From positions 32,001 through 96,000 of IMG/VR virus record IMGVR_UViG_3300005077_000003: a DNA stretch of 64,000 nt; one strand, given 5' to 3'. Below, piece by piece: positions 56,664 through 64,000 of this stretch. The stretch comes from a virus. Both the position numbers and the translations under genes were made by a program. Position 1 is the stretch's first letter. The number at the start of each line of letters is the position of its first letter. A model generated the notes under the pieces. It had not been told where the DNA came from, did not search any database, and saw only the letters and a program-made list of their open reading frames with translations.

Positions 56664-59600
56664 TGACCTTAAATATATTTGATGAGACTGGTATTGAAAG
56701 ATCTGAGCAGACTCTTACCAGTGAGCAGCTAGCTGCAGCGCATGCTTCTACTAGGAACCTTGGTACTCCTATTAGAAGTACGTATAATACTCCATCTACT
56801 AATAGAAACAATCCAGTACTACCACCTATCAAACATACTGTTTACGGTAAAAATCCTGGTTCATTAGCTGCCAAGGATCAAACCTTTTTACAGATAGGAC
56901 CACATATATATGGTGGTGAAGTACAGGATATACAAATATTAGAGAATAAGGCAGTCGCACAATTTCTTGGTGTTAGAACATCAGCAGACTTTTTAGTTGA
57001 TAGCGGAGATGGTGATGCAAATATAGTTATTAGTTTACTATTTTCTGGAGTAGAACATATCTACTCTGGTTTAGTACCACTTATAGCTTTATTTAAAATA
57101 TCTCCGCTAACAAGTATAAAAAATGAGATGATAACATCATCTCTATCAAATGAATTTGTTGATAATATTGCTGATGGTGCGACAAAGCTTGCTCTAGATA
57201 AAGCTGACGAAATAATAAACAAAGCTTCTTTATATGAAGCATCAAGTATATTTATAGAGAATATTAGGCCATATTATGATGGCATACTCCCACAGGTTGT
57301 TAATTTAGAGTTTTTTAACAGTTTTAGAAATAATCAAGATTATAATAAACTACCCATGTGGGGTTACTATAACTGGGATACTTATGATGATTTTATTAAC
57401 TATAAAGCATTACCAAGATACAGCAACTCTGAAAAACTTAAATTAGCTTCTTCGGAAGAATATACTGAAAAACTTAAGAAGAAGCTAGTAAACAGAAAGC
57501 CCTCTAATTTCGTTCCGGTAGCTTTTACTGATATAACAATACAAACACATACTGAACTATCTGATACACTAATAGCCCGCTTAGTGTTTAAGAGGGTAGA
57601 TGTTTCTGCTTATAGCTCAACTAGTTTATTATATAGAAGTGCTAACAATACTCCTACAGATGATCCATTGAACGCCTATTGGCTACGTAGGATGCTAGAT
57701 CTTTATATAAACAAGTATTTAGATAAGAGCTATGTATTTGCTAATATGGGAGATGGGATAAGTGAAGAAGTATCACTAAGGTTTGCAGGCAATGATATAG
57801 TATTAAATATATTTAAGAAAGAATATAATCTAAATAATCTTGTGGTACAAGATACAGGATCAAATAGAGATTCTGTTGTAATGCAAATGCAAATTGCATA
57901 TGGTAATAAATTTTCTTTTGTAAGAAGGGCGGGTACAAGCTTCCCAACAGCACAGTTTATGGGCTATGGTAGTGGCACCTGTGCGATGGCTATAAAAACA
58001 AAGTCTGCTGAAAAGTTTAAGTCCATACATGCATACAAATCTGCCGCCGACTTCTTTATAAGAACACAAGATAGATTTGATAGATTTACTGGTTGGGAAA
58101 TAAGATCATCAATAGTTAAGATGTTTAATACATCTAGCTTACCCAATTCTTTACCAAATAAGCCAGCAGAATTTAAATCAGCATGGTATCCAATACAAGT
58201 ACAGTCATCTACTGATCCAGATTATCCTAATGTAAAAAATATATCTATAACATTTAAAGAAACAAACCCGGATTTCTATTCTGATTTTGGATTTTCAGTA
58301 TATAGAAAAGGATATCGCCTTGATAACCTAAGAGATTTCTTTAATGAAATATGGGATAGAGCAGTAAGGTATAGAAAAGGTGAGGGAGATTCTTTAGACA
58401 TTACTGCACATACAGCAGTATTTGGTACAGGAGATCCATATGAACTAGAATACAGTATGGTTAATGAAGATACTATAGCTGCTGTATTCTATAACGCATA
58501 TAGATTTAATACAAAAAGTCAATACTTCTCTCCAGAAGCTAATGATATTAGTGAAAAACTTTTTTCAAGACTAATGTACAGTAAAAAGTTTTCTGGATTT
58601 GAAGGATCATCTGTTACACTACCAGAGCATTTAAATAATGAACTTGGAGAAATCTTATCTCCTTTTGAATTAACTAGTGATTTTGAACTTAATAATGAAA
58701 CATTTGCAAATCTAGCTACTCTAGTAGCTGACTATTATTTTGATGTAGATGACACAGATGTATATAATGGTCTTGTAAATGCTATAAATAAAGTAGCATC
58801 TGGAGAATCTGGCAGAAGGAGTTTATATTCATATATATACCAACACATGGATATATTAATGAATAATGAATTTAGAGACTCTCTGTTTGCAGTAATCGCC
58901 AGAAGACCAAAGCCAGAAGTTAATGAGCATCAGTATAGCCTACACGGACTAAGTTCTGCGTTTTCGACACTGTCGCTTGTTTTGGAAGCAAAAGGTAAAG
59001 AACTATTAAGTGACGAATCCTACAGTGCACTATCTCAAACAAAAAGAGATGAAACAAAAATAATATTGGATTCTAATAATACGCAATCTAGAACAGAAAC
59101 CGCAACAGCATATCCAGATTATTTTAGAGCCACTTATGGTGAGCTGTTTAATGTTGTAGATGGCAACCCATTATATTGGAAAAACTTTGCCCCTACATTT
59201 CAGGATATGGGCATAATAAATGCCGATCCAAAGTTCTTAGAAAAGTATGATAGTTTTACAGAGTCGTCTGTTAAAGATGCGCAAAATCAGACTATAGCTA
59301 CTATAGATAGTCCAGTACCACCAAGTATAATATTCTATCACGAAAGATTATTAGACAAAGAGTTTATGCATCAGGTAGATGAAGATGTGTCTAACTATCA
59401 TGACAAACTTTCTAAGATGCGCATGTATATATCTTTTGATATACAAAAAGTATTAAAAGATGAATATGGCAGATATCTTGGGGAGAATGAAAACTTTGAC
59501 CAGTCTAAAATAGACGGATTAGCTGACGTAATAGAAAAAGGATTACAAAAACAAAACTCTTCTAAGAGCAGACAAGACTATATCAAATCAGGCGGTTTAC

Positions 59601-62600
59601 TTGTAAATGATTTACTTGATCAATACAGTAAGCAAAGGGGGGTTGATAGAACCGAAGTAATAAAAAAAGATTCATCATATAGAGCTGAATTTGAAAAGCA
59701 TATTAGAGATATACTTGATGGTAAAATAGAAAATTACAGTGATTATGATTTTAACAAAATATTGACCCCATTCTTAATTGGTACTAATATAAATGCTCCA
59801 GTAGCAAAGTGGAAATCATATTCAAGCGTTATTGGCGAAGGTATATCCAGAGGAATACTTAAAGGTGCTGGAGCAAACGTAGACTTGTCATCGTTTTTAG
59901 ATAATACATTAGTAACAACTGAAAATGGTGGTGTTACTCTTTCATGTGCAAATAGAGATGAAGAAAGAGTATCTATGTTAAAAATTATGCAGCGAGTCGC
60001 TGATAATTCATACTCTATGATAAGAGCATTCCCAACTATGAGATTATATCTTATAGAATTTCTTGGGCCTAGAATAATAGTACAAGATAACTTTTGGGGA
60101 TATAATGCTATTATATCTATGGACATAACTCTTGATAAAAATGATGCAGATCTAGCTGTAATAAGAATAGCCGACCCCTTCCACATATTACAAGGTTCCG
60201 CATTTGGTTCTGAATGGGCTGGTGGAGATACTGTGGTTGATCATATAGCTGTTCCAGTAACAAATGATGATCCATCACAAGGAAATATACTAGAAAGAAT
60301 AAAACTAAAAGTTGGTAGAGCAATTCAGATACGCGGCGGCTATTGCGTGGACGATAGGACCGAAATTCTCACACAAAGAGGATGGCTTACAAAGGACGAG
60401 TTAAAGGTTGGCGATATGTCTCTAACTCTCAACCACAATACCGGCTTATCTGAATGGCAGCCAGTAAAAGAGATCCACGTTTTTCAGCATGATGGCCCAA
60501 TGGTCTCTATAGATGGCAATAGGCATTCGTCTCTAACAACTTTAGGGCACAAATGGCCCGTCATCTATAAATCCAGAATGATAAATAGAAAGACCATCAA
60601 AAAGGTTAGAGAGTGGACTACTTCTGAGAAATTAAATGGCGCCCACATTCTTATCGGCGGGGCGAAGCATAATAGCGATATAAAAGAAAAAGTATATAGC
60701 GATGCCTTTGTTGAAATAGTAGCATGGTTTTGGACAGAGGGAAATATAAGAAACAATATAGGAATAAAAAGGGCTCCTATTATTAGGATATCTCAATCTC
60801 CTACTGCTAATCCAGATAATGTAAAAAGAATAAGTGCAGCTCTGGAAAATGAGTTTGGTAAACCAAGTGATAATATTAGTTCTGGTAATAGAATATCTCT
60901 GGGTGTCCCAAAATGGAAATCAAAAAAAAGACGTACTAGGAATGAGATTGTATTTAGTTTGAATAAAGCTGCTTCTGCTTTAATACTAAAGGTTGCACCA
61001 GGCAAGGTAGTGTCTAAAGAGTTCATACTTCAGCTTACCCAAGATCAGCTTGAGCTATTTGTCCAGATCTCTAACAAGGCTGATGGTCACAATAGTAAAT
61101 TAAATGATAAAATACTATTGTCACAAAAAAATCCTAAGTTTTTAGATGCGCTGGAGCTCGCAGCTATTCTCGCAGGATATAGAACTCATAGATACTTTGC
61201 AAAAGCAAGCTGTCAAGATCGTAGAGGTAACTGGTATCATCCTGATAGACTAAACATAAGCCCTAAAGTCAACATTTGGGTTGATACTTCTAGACCTGAA
61301 GTAGTAAACTACAAAGGCATTGTATGGTGCCCAACAACAAAAAATCATTCGTGGATGGCACGCAGAAATGGACACTGCTATTTTACCGGGAACAGTAGTG
61401 ATCCTGAAAACTTAGATATTATATTTACAGGTAGAGTAGCTGAAGTAGAATATGGAGATATCATAACTATAGCGGCACAAGGCTGGAAGTCAGAACTATT
61501 AGGTAGAACAGTAGAATTCCAGCTTAATAATAGGAATGAAAGTTCTGTTAAAGATTTAGTTGTAACGACTATTCAAAAAGCTTCTCCAGGAGGAATTGGA
61601 GAAGAATACTCTGGCAAAGTCACTGACGTTCTTACTTCAATAGGAGGTAATCTGCCAGCATCTCAAGCTATATTTAACTCACTACTAAACAGTAGCGGGA
61701 CTGCCGTAGGAGTCCCAGGTTCTGGCGGGACAGCTGGTATAGGTACTATTATAGGCAGCTGGAGATTCCTTAAAAATCTAGGGATGGGCCTAGATACTAG
61801 GCTAAGAAACATATGGATACCAGATAAAGACAGGACGCGACTTGACTATTTTGCAGATATATCTGATACAGGTTGGGAAGGCAAACACTGGGTATTCCCG
61901 CCTACGGATGCGTGGGAGATATTACAAAAAGCCACTAATTATACATGGAGATATATTTGTCAAGTAGTACCATATGAAGGAGAAGCCACATTATTTTTTG
62001 GGAGACCAGATCAACTCTATTACCATAGAGACGTAGATACTCGCCAATATCAAGCACAGGATAAAAGAAGAACTGCTTATAAAACAGAGTTGACAAAACT
62101 AATATCTGAAGTGATTGAACAATGGTATTCTACGTTAAACCCTGTTGTATCAAATAAATATTCTGATGGATATGAAAATCCAGGCGTAACGCTTCCCGCC
62201 CTTAATAGAAATTCGTATTATCCTTTATTTAAAGCTAGCTTCTATAAAAATTCAATATGGGATGTATTTAAATCATATAAAGACTTAGCAACCATATATA
62301 AAGTAGAAAATAGCTGGATTGCTCAAGCATCAAAGGACATATTAAATGTAGATGTTTATAATGATTTTGAAACTATTATAGAGTATTTTGGTGATCCAAT
62401 AATCATATCTAAGTTACTTCTTGTAGAGTTCTATGGGCTTAATTATGATTATGTAGAACAATATTTAGAACCTTATGTTTTATCATCTGTTATAGCTAGA
62501 AAGCTAACTGAAAATGACCTAATATCACTAAAGAATACTTTAGTTGAAGAAACTAATAATAACAAAGTTAGTGATGTTTTAGAAAAAATAAGTGCTTTAC

Positions 62601-64000
62601 CACAACAAAAAATTATTGAGGCTCAAGAGTTTTTTAAATCAATTCCTCAATCTGTAAGAGATATTAGGATAATATCAGTAGAACCAGGAGGTAGGTTTGA
62701 AAACAATATAATAGTTAAACTTGAAGAGTATGATAGTGATTTAGATAGCTATATTAATAAAACTAATGATTTTATTAATTATGTACGGAAAACTTCAGTT
62801 GAAAATCCACATTCTATAGCCTCAATACAATTACGGAATCATCTTTTCAGAGATAAATATATTTCTGTACCATCAAATGCTAAAACTAAATTACATTATG
62901 ATATATTGGCTGTTTTATCTGTAGGTTCTACATTTGGTAGAATTATACATATAGCAGAAGAATATGCTAGACTAAACTATAATCAACAGAACTTAGTAGA
63001 TACTGTCAATATAGCGCAGAAATTTATTCCGCTATCTAACTCTCCTTCTATATTATCAAAAGATAATCTTGGTGATACTAAAGATACGTCAGAGTATATA
63101 ATATACTATATGCCATTATACAAAGTATTTATACATAGTTTTGCCGAATTCTTAAGAAGATCATCAAGTAGTGGAAATACTAATGTAATTGACCCAATTA
63201 ATAAATTTAGATCTATTAGCACATTCCCGTTTGATAAAGCACTAAACATGAAAGTGTTTAGGGATTATCATTATATTAATAACTATGATGATATTATAGA
63301 AAACAATATATCAGCAAGCACCAGAGAAATGTTTAATACAGTCTTGTTGAGACATCCTGGTGACTTAGAAACTACGAACTCTAATTGGTATGATATATCA
63401 GATTTTTTTGGCAGTGGAAGGCAGAACTTTGATTCTGTAGAAATATCTGGTGATACAGAATGGCGCACATGGCCAGAGTCAAAAGACTATGGGCAAATAG
63501 GGCTGCAATTCCAACCAAACATAATACTACAAGAAAAGAAGGTCGCAGTATATAGTGATCTAAACGTTCATAGGAGGGACCAAGCTTCTAAGGTAGCTAC
63601 TAATGTTCTTGCAAAAGTAATGCGCCCAATGTATAGGGATAATTTGCTTATACTTGGTAGAGTTATAAAACCATGGGATGTAATATATCTTAAAGATGAC
63701 TATAATGATATGTATGGCCCACTAGAAGTAGAAAGGGTAGTACATCATTATAGTGCAGAAACTGGATGGGTAACCAATATAGTTCCCCACTTAATGTGTG
63801 AAGCGAACCCCGGCAATAGTGCTGTGCAAATTGCTTTGTTTAATAATAAAATAGATAAAATATTTAATCTAGTTGATTACGGCCTTTGGGCGTTGACAAT
63901 AGCATCAATGGGATCTGCCTTAGGAGTAGCTGGCATTGCAGGAATAGCCAAGAGCTCATATGCTGCCGGTTCAAATAGTTTTAAATATATTCTTGGTAAT
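56663..64000 (+). CDS. giant baseplate-hub-like protein with intein (>2400 aa, runs off window)
   Basis: TAATG-coupled start at 56663; same frame open wherever spot-checked to the end. Absent from the track, consistent with no in-window stop. AIQIRGGY..IIFTGRV and IKPWDVIYLKD..LEVERVVHHYS hub-like motifs. Confidence 0.8.
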   Translation, partial: MTLNIFDETGIERSEQTLTSEQLAAAHASTRNLGTPIRSTYNTPSTNRNNPVLPPIKHTVYGKNPGSLAAKDQTFLQIGPHIYGGEVQDIQILENKAVAQFLGVRTSADFLVDSGDGDANIVISLLFSGVEHIYSGLVPLIALFKISPLTSIKNEMITSSLSNEFVDNIADGATKLALDKADEIINKASLYEASSIFIENIRPYYDGILPQVVNLEFFNSFRNNQDYNKLPMWGYYNWDTYDDFINYKALPRYSNSEKLKLASSEEYTEKLKKKLVNRKPSNFVPVAFTDITIQTHTELSDTLIARLVFKRVDVSAYSSTSLLYRSANNTPTDDPLNAYWLRRMLDLYINKYLDKSYVFANMGDGISEEVSLRFAGNDIVLNIFKKEYNLNNLVVQDTGSNRDSVVMQMQIAYGNKFSFVRRAGTSFPTAQFMGYGSGTCAMAIKTKSAEKFKSIHAYKSAADFFIRTQDRFDRFTGWEIRSSIVKMFNTSSLPNSLPNKPAEFKSAWYPIQVQSSTDPDYPNVKNISITFKETNPDFYSDFGFSVYRKGYRLDNLRDFFNEIWDRAVRYRKGEGDSLDITAHTAVFGTGDPYELEYSMVNEDTIAAVFYNAYRFNTKSQYFSPEANDISEKLFSRLMYSKKFSGFEGSSVTLPEHLNNELGEILSPFELTSDFELNNETFANLATLVADYYFDVDDTDVYNGLVNAINKVASGESGRRSLYSYIYQHMDILMNNEFRDSLFAVIARRPKPEVNEHQYSLHGLSSAFSTLSLVLEAKGKELLSDESYSALSQTKRDETKIILDSNNTQSRTETATAYPDYFRATYGELFNVVDGNPLYWKNFAPTFQDMGIINADPKFLEKYDSFTESSVKDAQNQTIATIDSPVPPSIIFYHERLLDKEFMHQVDEDVSNYHDKLSKMRMYISFDIQKVLKDEYGRYLGENENFDQSKIDGLADVIEKGLQKQNSSKSRQDYIKSGGLLVNDLLDQYSKQRGVDRTEVIKKDSSYRAEFEKHIRDILDGKIENYSDYDFNKILTPFLIGTNINAPVAKWKSYSSVIGEGISRGILKGAGANVDLSSFLDNTLVTTENGGVTLSCANRDEERVSMLKIMQRVADNSYSMIRAFPTMRLYLIEFLGPRIIVQDNFWGYNAIISMDITLDKNDADLAVIRIADPFHILQGSAFGSEWAGGDTVVDHIAVPVTNDDPSQGNILERIKLKVGRAIQIRGGYCVDDRTEILTQRGWLTKDELKVGDMSLTLNHNTGLSEWQPVKEIHVFQHDGPMVSIDGNRHSSLTTLGHKWPVIYKSRMINRKTIKKVREWTTSEKLNGAHILIGGAKHNSDIKEKVYSDAFVEIVAWFWTEGNIRNNIGIKRAPIIRISQSPTANPDNVKRISAALENEFGKPSDNISSGNRISLGVPKWKSKKRRTRNEIVFSLNKAASALILKVAPGKVVSKEFILQLTQDQLELFVQISNKADGHNSKLNDKILLSQKNPKFLDALELAAILAGYRTHRYFAKASCQDRRGNWYHPDRLNISPKVNIWVDTSRPEVVNYKGIVWCPTTKNHSWMARRNGHCYFTGNSSDPENLDIIFTGRVAEVEYGDIITIAAQGWKSELLGRTVEFQLNNRNESSVKDLVVTTIQKASPGGIGEEYSGKVTDVLTSIGGNLPASQAIFNSLLNSSGTAVGVPGSGGTAGIGTIIGSWRFLKNLGMGLDTRLRNIWIPDKDRTRLDYFADISDTGWEGKHWVFPPTDAWEILQKATNYTWRYICQVVPYEGEATLFFGRPDQLYYHRDVDTRQYQAQDKRRTAYKTELTKLISEVIEQWYSTLNPVVSNKYSDGYENPGVTLPALNRNSYYPLFKASFYKNSIWDVFKSYKDLATIYKVENSWIAQASKDILNVDVYNDFETIIEYFGDPIIISKLLLVEFYGLNYDYVEQYLEPYVLSSVIARKLTENDLISLKNTLVEETNNNKVSDVLEKISALPQQKIIEAQEFFKSIPQSVRDIRIISVEPGGRFENNIIVKLEEYDSDLDSYINKTNDFINYVRKTSVENPHSIASIQLRNHLFRDKYISVPSNAKTKLHYDILAVLSVGSTFGRIIHIAEEYARLNYNQQNLVDTVNIAQKFIPLSNSPSILSKDNLGDTKDTSEYIIYYMPLYKVFIHSFAEFLRRSSSSGNTNVIDPINKFRSISTFPFDKALNMKVFRDYHYINNYDDIIENNISASTREMFNTVLLRHPGDLETTNSNWYDISDFFGSGRQNFDSVEISGDTEWRTWPESKDYGQIGLQFQPNIILQEKKVAVYSDLNVHRRDQASKVATNVLAKVMRPMYRDNLLILGRVIKPWDVIYLKDDYNDMYGPLEVERVVHHYSAETGWVTNIVPHLMCEANPGNSAVQIALFNNKIDKIFNLVDYGLWALTIASMGSALGVAGIAGIAKSSYAAGSNSFKYILGN
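60344..61393 (+). mobile_element. intein (350 aa) with LAGLIDADG-type domain
   Basis: Starts CVDDRTEILTQRGW, ends VWCPTTKNHSWMARRNGHCYFTGN followed by Ser; blocks AWFWTEG and ISNKADG. Confidence 0.93.

Noticed and set aside
19600-63500. Numerous minus-strand ORFs overlapping the structural genes
   Set aside because: Antisense shadows of long plus-strand genes (Ser/Leu/Ile/Phe-rich, no motifs)
56663-64000. Apparent 7-kb gene desert in the ORF track
   Set aside because: It is one ORF open from ATG 56663 to the window end, omitted because it has no stop in the window

Overview
This window is a 64-kb piece of a large contractile-tailed (myovirus-like) phage genome in the standard genetic code, split into two divergent arms at about 18.9-19.1 kb. 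Left arm (minus strand, 1-18.9 kb): a tRNA-Ile(CAU) 5' half cut right after the anticodon and followed by an HNH gene (probable intron), TilS, tRNA-Leu(CAA), a dCMP-type deaminase, two secreted paralogues, an AAA+ ATPase, and about 1.5 kb of densely structured non-coding RNA including a GOLLD-sized candidate with an embedded tRNA-like domain. GC then rises to about 55-65% in a region of small genes separated by repeated regulatory modules, which also holds a 167-nt tract with no A on + (a U-free RNA). Right arm (plus strand, 19.1 kb to end, AT-rich): metallophosphoesterase, intein-containing terminase, portal, prohead protease, capsid, neck, sheath and three tube-like genes. These are followed by three giant proteins: (i) a tape-measure-like protein carrying a T7-type 3'-5' exonuclease domain, broken by one in-frame TAA, plus an SNase-like domain; (ii) a 1806-aa protein with beta- and beta-prime-like RNA polymerase motifs and a DFDKD signature, a candidate single-chain virion RNA polymerase; (iii) a >2400-aa baseplate-hub-like protein with an intein, running off the window. 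All family assignments are by-eye motif recognition, with no database searches. Several apparent +1 indels in the first 4 kb mean the sequence quality should be checked.
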